Below, in pieces: positions 9,411 through 19,841 of a stretch of 64,000 nt of DNA. This DNA is from an uncultured Lentisphaerales bacterium. Lineage in GTDB: Bacteria > Verrucomicrobiota > Lentisphaeria > JABSQK01 > CAJWLW01. Location: positions 1,293-65,292 of the forward strand of contig CAYWQM010000011.1 of NCBI GenBank assembly GCA_964460215.1, read 5' to 3'. Below the pieces are notes generated by a model. The model saw nothing but the letters and a program-made list of their open reading frames with translations. It was not told the origin of the DNA and made no database searches. The position numbers and the translations under genes were made by a program. Position 1 is the stretch's first letter; each line of letters opens with the position of its first letter.

Positions 9411-9760
9411 TCAGTCACCTTGGCACACTGTTACAGTGCTGCTTGACACTTCGGGGCAAAAGTCTGGTCATTGCAAAAAGTCGTTTCGCCGGGCAACAGT
9501 TCTCATCGAATTTATAGCACACTGCCGATGCACAAAAATAAGCGATGCATCGGGGAAACGATGTTTTTTTACCTTAACCGAGACACCTCGAAAGAACAAG
9601 CAATCCCCCCCGTAGAACAATGTGTGGTATTTGTCCGGTTATACAGGAAGACACCGGTATCCATCGCAACACGAACCAATTTACGACGTTGCACCGCATC
9701 GCGGCTGGCAACAAATCAAACCCATCGAAAGCAAACGAACGAACAGGCGAGTGATGGATG

Positions 9761-11029
9761 TCACCTGTTGTGAGACAGCAGCAGCTTGGCTATCAACTCG
9801 GGCCAATCCCCCCATTGCCAGAACGGGGTCCCCGGCATCTCCGCATCGACCTCGCCCAGCACCGACATCAGCAGCACGATGATACGGCCCTGGCCGACTC
9901 GTCGCTCGACGATCAACGGGGCCGTTCCCGCCGCCAACAATACCCGCGCCCCCGGGCGGACCTCAGCGTGGTGGGAATAGAGCGTATACGGCTTTTGAAA
10001 CCAGTCGAATTCGGTTCGCTCGCCTTGCCGCGGCATCAGATAAATCGGCTCACCTGCGCGGACCGGCGCGCCTGGCGTCACCGGCAGCAGCGCACCGAGC
10101 ACCGAGCGCGCCCACCCGCCGTGACTGATCCCGTGGGTGTCGCCCATGATGACGACGGTGCCGCCATCCCGCACATATTGCCTGAGCATCGTCGTGCCGA
10201 CAATCGTCACGGCTTTCGCGGGCACATTGTTCAGCACAATCACCCGGTGCCGGTACAACGCTTCCCAGGTCTTCGGAAAACCGTCGAGTCGAGTCGACTG
10301 CGGATGGACGTTGAGATGGGACTGCGTGCGTTCTCCACCCAGCGTGCCGACGGCTTTGTCGACGCCCCAGTGCTGCATGAACAGGCCGTACGTCTCGTGG
10401 ACGCGAAGCTTGTCTGTTGCCAGCTTCAGGCCGTCGGGCCTGACCGGCTGCTCGATTAACGGCAGCAGTTGACGGGTGCTGAATCGCGACAGCTGCTCGA
10501 CGGTAATTCCGTCAAACCAGACTTTTGTCGCGCCCGTCGTCTCCAATCCCCAATCACCGAAACCCTGCTCGCCCTTGAGAAACTCGATACTGAATTCCTG
10601 GTAGGTATTCGGCTTGGCAAAATCGGTACCCTTCAGCGACACTTTCTCGTAGCGATCCTCGAATGTCTTCAACTCGCTGTTGCCGATAAGGCCACGGATC
10701 ATCGCCACGACGGCGGGGTTCGTATTGTCGGCCACCTTCAAGCGGAAGTTTCCGCGCAGCCTGCCGGGCCCCTGCATATACGTATACTCATACCACATGT
10801 AGCCTTCGCCGGGCGTGGCGGCGGGGTCCGCCAGCAAGGCCCAACCCGTACGCGCCTCGGCATCCTTGACCAGCCGGCTCTTGTCCTTCGCCGGCACCCC
10901 TCCGTCAACCAGCACCGCCTCGTGTTTCTGGTTGTAAATCGTTGCCGGGCCATCCAGTTCCTGTGCCTCTGCACCTGGAAACAGACAAATCACCAACAAA
11001 CCGATATACAACCGTCTGTATTTGCCCAT
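9761..11029 (-). CDS. Secreted protein: CBM-like jelly-roll N-domain plus class I glutamine-amidotransferase-like (DUF1355-type) C-domain
   Basis: ATG at 11029 overlaps the upstream TAA (TAATG); signal peptide MGKYRRLYIGLLVICLFPGAEA; VIVLNNVPA..LRQYVRDGGTVVIMGD..LGALLPV..RRVGQGRIIVL. Confidence 0.65.
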   Translation of the reverse strand: MGKYRRLYIGLLVICLFPGAEAQELDGPATIYNQKHEAVLVDGGVPAKDKSRLVKDAEARTGWALLADPAATPGEGYMWYEYTYMQGPGRLRGNFRLKVADNTNPAVVAMIRGLIGNSELKTFEDRYEKVSLKGTDFAKPNTYQEFSIEFLKGEQGFGDWGLETTGATKVWFDGITVEQLSRFSTRQLLPLIEQPVRPDGLKLATDKLRVHETYGLFMQHWGVDKAVGTLGGERTQSHLNVHPQSTRLDGFPKTWEALYRHRVIVLNNVPAKAVTIVGTTMLRQYVRDGGTVVIMGDTHGISHGGWARSVLGALLPVTPGAPVRAGEPIYLMPRQGERTEFDWFQKPYTLYSHHAEVRPGARVLLAAGTAPLIVERRVGQGRIIVLLMSVLGEVDAEMPGTPFWQWGDWPELIAKLLLSHNR

Positions 11030-13317
11030 TAGTCTGTCCCGAACACGTTGTCCCCGCTCGGTTTTTTGCGGCAATCAAAGACTATGTTCGTCCAGCCCCA
11101 GAAACGCGGCACGACCACCCCCAGGCGGCGGTCACTCAAAGGCACAGTCGCCAATTTCCGGCGATGCGATACCGGTTCCGGTCCGACCAGCCACGCGGTC
11201 ACATGCTCCTCTTTCCGCGGCCGAAATATGATCTTCACACCCTCTGCCGGTCCAACAGTCGTAACGCCGACGACTTCCTCTTCCGCCGGAGGATTGAATA
11301 ACGGCACGATCACCTGCCGGTGCCCGTCATCGAATACCCGTTCACTGACCAGCGGCTTCCACCACAGCGGCCGCCGGCTTTTAACCGACAGAACACCGCC
11401 GGGGTCAGCCAGTTTCTGCGTACGGATGTCCCAGAAATACGAGCCGTACTGGATCATGAACCGTTCGCAATCGCCGAAGGGACTCTTGTGGAACGTCCAT
11501 GGATGCCCCCCCACGACGTAGCCCAGGGCGGTGGAATACCAGTTGCCGCCGTTGTTGATAAAGGTATGCTGGGCGCCGTGCGAGCGCGCCAGGTCCGAGC
11601 TGTGTCGGAGGTAGACGATAAAATCCAGCCAGCGCCGGTGCGGGCTTGTCTGGCGGTGAAAAGCCTGTGCAAGGTTCTCCTCCATCATCAGCGAATCGTC
11701 CCGGCAGTATGTCTCCCAGTCGTCACTGGGCTGCGTGCCCAGGCAGTTGATGCCAAGGTTATTACCGATTCCCACCGGCGGATCGATGGCAGCCAGGGCC
11801 CGTTTCGTAATCGGGAAGTGCTCAGGGCTGAGCGGTCCGGCATCGTAGCGGTACGCTTCCCATCCGTATTGACTGGCGCTCGCCACCAGCTGCTCGGTAT
11901 GGAACTGCAGATAGGTCTTGCCGTCGACGGGTGACGGTGTGTCGAAGTGCATCTCGATGGCGGGATAGACATTGCCGCTTACCGTCTCGCCGTTGAAGTA
12001 TTTCTCCATGATGGCCGTGTTAAACATCGCCTTCTGCATCCATTCGGGCCGACGACGGGCCACCTCGAAACCCGGCCAGCCGAACGGGATGGCATTGGTA
12101 TAGGCTACCGGCGCGATGCCGTGTGCTTTCATCAGGCCATTCAGCAGCAGAATCTGCCGGCGGGAGAGGACGTAAAAGGTCTGCCCGCTGAGATATGGCT
12201 CGTCGGTATCTTCCGTCAAACGGGTCGCATCCTCGCGGGCCCACGCGAAGAATTCATCGTACGTCAGATAAGCACGACGCGAGGATTCGATAGCCAGCGT
12301 GCAATCCTTCACATACTGGTCCCAATTGCCCAGCACGGTCTTTTTGAATCCCTCCAGCCCCAGGTGATGGGAACCCGAAAGGAAGTATGGAATCCGCAGC
12401 ACGCCGCTCCCCTGGATCATGCACCGGAACGGACTGTCGGTAACCGCGAATACGTCACCATGCCGCTCGATCACCTTCCCATCCACGGTCAATTCCCCGA
12501 CGACCTCATAGCCGCCGTCGGCGGTGGGAACCGCAAACGGCACAGTGCCGCTGACAGTGGCCGACGCGGGCACCGCGAAGGTCTGTACCGTGCCGGGAAT
12601 TTCCCGATCCGTGTCGGTGATCACGACCGGCCGCAGGCCGACAGTTTGCGGCTGGTCGGTGGCGTTCGTCAGGCGAAACTCCAGGGCGCCGCTTTCGGCA
12701 TGCTTGTAGCGGAGTTTGACCGGACGGGCCCAGCTGATCGACACCGGCAGGTCGAGTTTCTCGAGCTTCACCGAGGATTGCTCGACCTCCACAGTGCCGG
12801 CCTCGCAGGTTTTATCGCCGACGTATACCAGGCCGACATTCGTCGGCTTGCCGCTCTCGACATCAAACGCCAGTGAAAACGTCTGCCAGCGCCCGGGGGT
12901 CTCGAACATATAGCCGCTCATCGGCAGCGCTGCGGTTGGCACGGGAATCACACCGTAGCCTGTCGGGTATCGCATGCCACCGTCGGCACCGTCGACCCAG
13001 GCCTGCAGCACCAGGGGGCTGGCGCCGTGCTTCCCGGTCCGGGCCCGCAGCGTCACCTCGTAGCGCCCCGGCTCCGAGATCGGCTCCCAGCGCAGCACCG
13101 CCGCCTGCGGATAGTACCTGGGCCCGGGCTGGCCGTTGCCCTGGACATAGACCAGGTCGTTCGCCAACACCGCCCCGTCCTGCACCTCGCGCGTGCCGGG
13201 ACCTGCCTTCCAGGGCGTCACGCCGGTCACGGCGGCAGGTAGGCTCAGGGGTGCCAAGCCAGCACAAAGGATTGCCAGAATCGCTCGGGTCCGGACGCAT
13301 CTGGTTGTGTTTGTCAT
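11029..13317 (-). CDS. Secreted glycoside hydrolase-like protein (GH66-like barrel) with CBM-like and Ig-like N-terminal domains
   Basis: Signal peptide; Ig-like FRLTNAT..GGYEVVGELTVDG..DVFAVTD; MKAHGIAPVAY and WEAYRYDAG resemble GH66 HxxGMxxMxY and FDGWHIDQLG; C-terminal QVIVPLFNP. Family call from recall only. Confidence 0.5.
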   Translation of the reverse strand: MTNTTRCVRTRAILAILCAGLAPLSLPAAVTGVTPWKAGPGTREVQDGAVLANDLVYVQGNGQPGPRYYPQAAVLRWEPISEPGRYEVTLRARTGKHGASPLVLQAWVDGADGGMRYPTGYGVIPVPTAALPMSGYMFETPGRWQTFSLAFDVESGKPTNVGLVYVGDKTCEAGTVEVEQSSVKLEKLDLPVSISWARPVKLRYKHAESGALEFRLTNATDQPQTVGLRPVVITDTDREIPGTVQTFAVPASATVSGTVPFAVPTADGGYEVVGELTVDGKVIERHGDVFAVTDSPFRCMIQGSGVLRIPYFLSGSHHLGLEGFKKTVLGNWDQYVKDCTLAIESSRRAYLTYDEFFAWAREDATRLTEDTDEPYLSGQTFYVLSRRQILLLNGLMKAHGIAPVAYTNAIPFGWPGFEVARRRPEWMQKAMFNTAIMEKYFNGETVSGNVYPAIEMHFDTPSPVDGKTYLQFHTEQLVASASQYGWEAYRYDAGPLSPEHFPITKRALAAIDPPVGIGNNLGINCLGTQPSDDWETYCRDDSLMMEENLAQAFHRQTSPHRRWLDFIVYLRHSSDLARSHGAQHTFINNGGNWYSTALGYVVGGHPWTFHKSPFGDCERFMIQYGSYFWDIRTQKLADPGGVLSVKSRRPLWWKPLVSERVFDDGHRQVIVPLFNPPAEEEVVGVTTVGPAEGVKIIFRPRKEEHVTAWLVGPEPVSHRRKLATVPLSDRRLGVVVPRFWGWTNIVFDCRKKPSGDNVFGTD

Positions 13318-13441
13318 ATCTCCTTTCCTCCCACCGCCTGAGACTGAGGTGTCGTCCGCCTAACCGGCACGCTTGGTCAACGGAGCCAATGTTCAAGTTT
13401 GCGGCGCAACGCCGCGCCACTCAAAGTTGCAGAGCCGGCAA

Positions 13442-14206
13442 TTACACATCCACCCGACGCGACATCCAACCATCAGGGAAAACGGTGACGTGCTCGAAGG
13501 CACAGGATTGCGGTCCGTGAAATACCTGTGAGGTGCCGACACTGCCGAGCAGCGGGATGCCGTGCCAGGTGCCGACAATATCGTGATGGTAGTGCCCGGT
13601 CAGCACACAGGAAACGTTGTTGGCCTTGAAGAAGGCGATGAGCTCATGGCGATTTTCCATGTTCCAATACGTTTCCTCCTCGTCCGGCTGCTGCACCAGC
13701 AGCGGCCAGTGCATGACCACGAACCGGTGCGTGGCGGCAGCATCGACCGCCGCGAAATGCTGTTTCATGACCTCCCACTCCGCTTGCTGCAGGTCTTCGT
13801 CCAGGTCACCACGAAGATGCAGCGCGTTGAGCCCGAGGAACGACGCGCCTTTATAGGTAAACGAAAACCCGGTAGGAGCGCCGCGGTCAAAATACGGCGA
13901 CTCCGTACTTATCTCCGGTTCCAGCCAGTGTTTGCCGCCCTCGTCGTGATTGCCGGAGACACCGTAATACGGCCGCTCCAGCATGCCGAGGCATTCCATG
14001 ACAATATCCAACTGTTCGGCCGAATCGAAGCGATCGACCAGGTCACCGCCGAAGATGGCAAAATCGATCTCGTTCTCATCATCGTTGATGTAGCCGATCG
14101 CACTTTCCAGGCGTGAGCGATCGCTGACGCGTGCGTTCAGACCGAATGGACTGTTACAACCGATCTGGGGGTCGGTGATGAAAGCAAAGTGGAATGAGTC
14201 GGACAT
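13442..14206 (-). CDS. Calcineurin-like metallophosphoesterase (CPPED1-like)
   Basis: All five motifs: DPQIG, GDLVD, GNHD, MHWP, GHYH. ATG 14206 has GGAAAG upstream; alternative GTG at 14239. Confidence 0.88.
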   Translation of the reverse strand: MSDSFHFAFITDPQIGCNSPFGLNARVSDRSRLESAIGYINDDENEIDFAIFGGDLVDRFDSAEQLDIVMECLGMLERPYYGVSGNHDEGGKHWLEPEISTESPYFDRGAPTGFSFTYKGASFLGLNALHLRGDLDEDLQQAEWEVMKQHFAAVDAAATHRFVVMHWPLLVQQPDEEETYWNMENRHELIAFFKANNVSCVLTGHYHHDIVGTWHGIPLLGSVGTSQVFHGPQSCAFEHVTVFPDGWMSRRVDV

Positions 14207-14433
14207 AAAGCTTTCCGCAGGAGGTTTGTGATCCGGCACAGGGTGTTGGAGTTAGTTGGAGTACAAGACTTTGGACTTGGCGCTCCAGTACTGCACGACG
14301 CCGATTCTCCATTCCGGCAAAGTAGAACCAGTCCCGGTTAATCTGCTGGCAGACCTGCGAACATCAAGCACCGAGTCCGGGCTCCAGGCTTCTTCATCGG
14401 CATTGATCACGCCTTCCGTAAGCATGGGGTCGG

Positions 14434-15624
14434 TCAATCGCTGAGACCTGAAACCGTATCATCATGTTCAGGATGCCAGTAGCACGCCGCTCCGATCGCG
14501 CGCAAAAGACGCTGCACGTCATCCGGGAATACCTGACCGATGGTACCGATGCGGAAGGTATCGGCGACACTCACTTTTCCGGGATAGATGACGAAGCCCT
14601 GTCGTTTGATCTCTTCATAGAAGCGTACAAAGTCGTAGGCCTCGTCGTCGGGTTCGAAGAAAGCCGTAATGATCGGCGACTGGCTCTGCCCCGGCAGAAG
14701 ACAGCGAAAACCGAGGCTCTCCATACCTTTCACCAGCACACGCTGGTTTTCGGCGTAGCGCTTGTGCCGCGCCGCGACACCGCCCTCCGCGTCCAACTCG
14801 CCCAGCGCCTGCTGGAAGGCGCGGACAACGTGCGTCGGCGACGTATAGCGCCATTTGCCGTGCCCCTCCTCCATCGTTCGCCACTGCTCGTAGAGGTCCA
14901 GGCTCAGCGAGCGGGCACGACCGCGGCAACGCTCCAGCGATTCCTCTCTGGCGATGACGAAGCAGAAACCCGGCACCCCCTCAATGCACTTGTTCGCGCT
15001 GCTGATCAGGAAATCAATACCGAGCGCCTCAACGTCCATCGGGATGCCGCCGAAGCTGCTCATGGCATCGACGATGAACGTCTTGCCGCAGCGTTTGACG
15101 ACCGCCGCGATATCGGCAAGCGGATTGAGAATCCCCGTCGTTGTCTCGCAGTGGACTACGGCGACATGTGTGACCGCCGGATCGTCAGTCAACTTCGCCT
15201 CAAGCGCAGCGCAGTCAGGTGGGGCGATCTCGCCGCTGTCGAGAACGACGTTGGAAATCCGTAACCGCTCGGCAATTTGCCCGATACGGTCGCCATAGCC
15301 GCCGTTGGCCAGGACAAGAAGTTTCCCGTCTTCCGGCACAACGCTGCCAACCGTCGCCTCGACGCCAAATGTCCCGCTGCCCTGCATCAGCACCGACGTG
15401 TAACCCGGTCGCGATGTGGCTAAACTGACGAGACGAGCACGAACATCCTGCACGACGCCATGGTTGTAGTCGTCGTCCCAAGTGCACCAGTCCCGAAGCA
15501 TCGTAGCGCGAACAGACTTCGATGTGCTCAGCGGTCCGGGCGTGAGCAACAGGTACGGGTTATCCGGAATCAAATCCGGATCAATCGGCCTATCCTTAGC
15601 GCTCTGCGAAGTTTCTGGTTTCAT
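14434..15624 (-). CDS. phnW: 2-aminoethylphosphonate--pyruvate transaminase
   Basis: [72 protein letters not shown] (PLP Lys), [18 protein letters not shown]. Confidence 0.93.
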   Translation of the reverse strand: MKPETSQSAKDRPIDPDLIPDNPYLLLTPGPLSTSKSVRATMLRDWCTWDDDYNHGVVQDVRARLVSLATSRPGYTSVLMQGSGTFGVEATVGSVVPEDGKLLVLANGGYGDRIGQIAERLRISNVVLDSGEIAPPDCAALEAKLTDDPAVTHVAVVHCETTTGILNPLADIAAVVKRCGKTFIVDAMSSFGGIPMDVEALGIDFLISSANKCIEGVPGFCFVIAREESLERCRGRARSLSLDLYEQWRTMEEGHGKWRYTSPTHVVRAFQQALGELDAEGGVAARHKRYAENQRVLVKGMESLGFRCLLPGQSQSPIITAFFEPDDEAYDFVRFYEEIKRQGFVIYPGKVSVADTFRIGTIGQVFPDDVQRLLRAIGAACYWHPEHDDTVSGLSD

Positions 15625-16161
15625 GGGGGGATCTGTGGGTCTGCCTGCCGTTCTGCACGGGACTGTGGTTCTTTACGTCACTGCTCCCAATCGGGCTTCC
15701 TTCATTTGTCGCCGGTTGGTTGCACACCTGAGCCCAGTGGCCCGGGAACCCAATGGCCGAAGCTCAGCGGCTCAACAACCGCCATCAACGTTGAAACGGA
15801 CAACCGTTGGCGATACAACGCTCATAGTCAAGATAGCCTACAGCCTCCACGCCGAACTGGCCAGTCGCCGGGACTGTCGACGAGCGGCAGGCTGCAGCGT
15901 GAGACAAAGGCGACACGAACAGCGTAAACTTGAAGCGACAGGATGATCGATTACAGTGAAAACTGTCGAGCAAAACAGCGACCGGATAGGCTGAAATGCA
16001 ACCTGACGAGGACTGCGCCGGCCAATCAAAATCAGTAGCTTATTACAACATCCAGATTGACCAATCCCCGGCGAACCAGAACACCAACTGGACCGATGGG
16101 CAGACCGGTTCCGCTTCGGCACCTTCCTCGTTCAGCAGCCCTCACAACCCCTGATTCTGCC

Positions 16162-18770
16162 ATGAAAAAAATCTACGCAACGCATACCAACCACTTCGAC
16201 CTGCTTTGGCGGCGCACCTGGGAGATGCCCTGTGAGTACGAGGGCAAACGCTGGCTGAGCTACAGCGAACTCGAGGAGCTCGTCATTGCGCGCAATATCG
16301 AACTGGCCGAGACCGGCCGCGGCGCCTACCAGGTCGAACAGGCGCTGACCATGCGCAAATACCTCGAGCAGCATCCGGCCGATCTCAAACGCATGAAAGC
16401 GCTGTATCAACAGGGCCTTTGGGAAATGCATGGCTCCGGCGAAGCGATTATCGACGTCAACCTGTGCAACTTCGAGACGATGATTCGCAACATGGCCTCG
16501 GGCGTGCGCTACTGCAAGGACGTACTCGAGATGCCGCCATTGTCCGCTTACCATGCGGACGGTTTCGGGTCTTCGGCACAGTTCCCGCAGGTCATCAGTG
16601 GTTGTGGCTTTGACGTCGTGCTCGGGCTGACGTACCACCCGAGGTCTGGGGCGATGGGCGCTCCTACTTCTTCGATCACTGCTACCACGAGCCGTGCCGC
16701 AACTGCGACGGCTATAACCGGGAGTCCTGCAACGTCTGCAAAGGTGCCGGCATCGATCTGCCGCAGAACTTCTACCCCGAGCTCAAGCCGGTTGACCCGA
16801 AGAATGTCGCCGGCCCGGCAGGCGTCTACAGCATCTGCTCCGAAGAAATGCTGCCGCACGACGGGATGAATGCGAATTTCGAAAAATGGCAGAAGGAATG
16901 CCCCGACGTCAGCTACGAGTGGGGAACGAGCCGCAAAACCTTTGCGGCCGTCTACAAGGCCGACAGAAAAAAGCACGGCGTAACATCCCTGTCGCCCGGA
17001 GTCGACAACAACCCGGTCATGAACGGCTGCCACGTCACGCGCATCCGGACCAAGACGGAAGCACGCCGCTGCGAGGCGGATTTCTTTGGCTGGGAGACGG
17101 CGCTCGCGCTGACCAACGGACTCGACGTGCGCCCCGGGGAATGGCAGCAACACTTCCTCGAACTGCCGCTGTTTTTCTTCCACGATTCGGTTACCGGCAC
17201 GAGCATGGATATAGCCGCGCGCGAATTAATGCTCCGGCTCTATGCACACCAGCGAAACACCCGCAAGCTCGCGGTCAAGACGCTGCGGCGCACGACCAAA
17301 GGCAACGCCTCATCCGAGCAATGGCGCCGGAACCTGAACAAGAAGCTCACCGTCTTCGGGCTCTCCCCGCAAAAAAACGCCTGCCGAGCGGAGCTGCCGG
17401 ATTTCGATTGGCGCAGCGGCGAACACTATGTGCTGGTCGATCAAGCCGGCAAACGCCAGCCTGTCATTCCGGCTTTTCACGCCGACTCCCCTGCCCTGCC
17501 GACGGTTACTTACCGATCCAGCTCCGCCGTCGGCCCAAGTACAAGAAACCGGCCCGACACCTGTTCCATGTTTGCGGAGTTCTCAAAACTCGACCCGCTG
17601 CAATGGTCGGAGTTCAGCATCGAGAAGACGGCCGGCCCCACCCCGATAACTGAATCGAGGTTGAGCAACCGGCACGTCACCGTCACGCTCGGCGACAACG
17701 GCGTCGAAGCGATCATCGACCGTGCATCGGGCGCCTCGATGAAGGCCAAGGAGATCAAGATCGGCGAACTGTTGGTCGAGGAAGACAACGGAAACCCGTG
17801 GGGCACACGGAAAATTCCCGAGTGGCGGAAAGGCACGGCACAGTACACCGAGTTCCTCGGCGCTCTGCAGTTCGACGGCTATCAAGAGGCATACTACGGC
17901 GGGCACTGGCTGCCGTCGACGGTGTTCGCCAGTGAAGGCGACCCCGAGATCCTGTGGATCGAGTGGTATGTCACCTTTCGCCTGTTGCGCGATGCGCGGC
18001 GGGTCGATGTCTCGGTCGAACTCTTCTGGAAAACATCGAACCGGCGCATCCGCGTGGCGTTCCCGCCCGCATCAACGTCGAACACCGGGACCTACTCGAT
18101 CCCCGGCGGCTGGCTGGAACGCAAGCGTTATGAAATGAAGGAAACGCACCTTTGGAGCCCGAACGGCGACTGGCCCGCGGTGAATTTCGTTGCCAACAAA
18201 CCACGTAAAGACAAACCCGGGTTTGCGGTGATCAACTACGGCACGCCGTCGGCACGGATCGAGAACGGGACGATGCTCTGTTCGGTGCTGCGTTCGCCGG
18301 CATTCGGCTATTGCCTGAACCATTACTGTATCAACTATCCGATGCCGACCACTGGTACGAAAGACCCCGGCTGGCACTTTTTCGAGTTTTCGATCGTCCC
18401 GCACTTCGGCAGGATGTCGGACCTGGCCCTGCAGGCCGATGCCCGGAACCAGTTGCTGCCAACGACCCTGGCGCCGACAGGGACAATGCCGCAGACGCCG
18501 CTGCTGGCGGTCAAAGGAAGCGGTGTCCAACTGGTCAGCGTCAAACAGCCGTTCGATGAAAAGCAAGACGGCTATGTTCTGCGGCTGCTCAATATCAACG
18601 ACCGCAAGACAACCGCCACGCTGACGTTTGCCGAGAGCCGCGGTTTGCGGGTGCGCGAATGCAACATGATCGAGGAAGCTGGAAAGCCGATTAAACGCTT
18701 CGCGAAAGGCGTCTACAAAATAGCCCTGGGGCCGTTTGAGGTTAAGACGATTATCGTGTCGGCAACATGA
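16162..18770 (+). pseudogene. GH38 alpha-mannosidase-family gene split by one frameshift at about 16638-16640 (pseudogene or sequence error)
   Basis: First frame: TNHFDLLW (HxD), YHADGFGSSAQFPQ (nucleophile Asp). Second frame is open from 16614: FFHDSVTGT, GDWPAVNF, SVLRSP, YVLRLLN..GPFEVKTI. One extra C in TAC CAC CC GAG would join the frames. Confidence 0.85.
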
Positions 18771-18806
18771 AGGAAAAAAAATGTCAGAACTAACCGAGGC
18801 AGGCTG

Positions 18807-19769
18807 ATGGAAAGAACCAAGAAAATTATGGCCTGCGTGTCGATCTTGCTTGCAGTGAACCTGCAGGCGGATCAGCAACCGGATGACTCGCTCCTGGTGG
18901 CACGCGTCGAAGCAGCAGTTGCAGCGTCCCGAGGTAAACCCGCTCACGAATACGCCAACACGTTCATAACAAGGGTCAACTGGGAAGCTGAAGGTATGCG
19001 GGTGTTGGCCAAAAAACCGGCCGGGTGGCCGAAGCTGGATCTGGACGGTGCGCGCGAGTTCATCAGTGAACGAATCGCGTTTGGCGAGGAGAACCTCGAC
19101 TTTCCTGCACCTGCACCATTTACGGTACCGAAAGCAAGCGGGCCTGTGGCGATCGATGGCAAACTGGATGATACCGCATGGCAATCAGCTGTCGTTTTCA
19201 CGGACAGCTATCCGATCAGCGAGCGGGCTGCGGGCGGGCCAGCGACCGAATGGCGTATCCTGTGGGACGACAGGTTTCTCTATTTCGCGTTCGCCTGCAC
19301 AGACACCGACCTGGTCGCACCGGAGATGCAACGTGACGCACCGGTTTATTCCGACGATTGCGTCGAGATGTTTATCCTGCCCCAGCTCCGTACCGGCAGC
19401 TACTGGGAACTGGTGATCAGTCCATCCGATTCCGTCTTCGACAGCCTGCACTCGAAGAACTTGAGTGAATGGGCATCAATCAATCGCAGTGTCGAAAATA
19501 TCGAAGGCCTGCAACGCAGCGTCGTCTGCAACGGCACGCTGAACCAACCCGGCGATACCGATACAGGTTACACCGTAGAGGTCGCAGTACCGTTTTCGCA
19601 ACTGCCCGAGTATTCGCGGAGTCAACCTGCCGCCGGACACCAATTGCATCTCATGCTGGTCCGACTCGATAAGACGGGGAAAGATTCACACCTGGTCTAC
19701 AGCTTCCAGCCACTGCTCAACTGGGGGCACAATATCTGGAACCATGCTTTGGTTACTCTGGGGGAGTAA
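18807..19769 (+). CDS. Secreted carbohydrate-binding family 9-like (DOMON-like) protein
   Basis: Signal peptide; VAIDGKLDDTAW, TEWRILWDDRFLYFAF, DDCVEMFI, YTVEVAVPF. Confidence 0.8.
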   Translation: MERTKKIMACVSILLAVNLQADQQPDDSLLVARVEAAVAASRGKPAHEYANTFITRVNWEAEGMRVLAKKPAGWPKLDLDGAREFISERIAFGEENLDFPAPAPFTVPKASGPVAIDGKLDDTAWQSAVVFTDSYPISERAAGGPATEWRILWDDRFLYFAFACTDTDLVAPEMQRDAPVYSDDCVEMFILPQLRTGSYWELVISPSDSVFDSLHSKNLSEWASINRSVENIEGLQRSVVCNGTLNQPGDTDTGYTVEVAVPFSQLPEYSRSQPAAGHQLHLMLVRLDKTGKDSHLVYSFQPLLNWGHNIWNHALVTLGE

Positions 19770-19841
19770 TTAAGAGAAAAGGTTTCAGGCCAACCAGGGC
19801 AGGCAAATGGGGCAGAGAAGCCTCCCAGACAAGTGAGCAAT

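Noticed and set aside
13401-13415. GCGGCG-CAA-CGCCGC hairpin as a terminator
   Set aside because: No U-tract follows in the direction of transcription.
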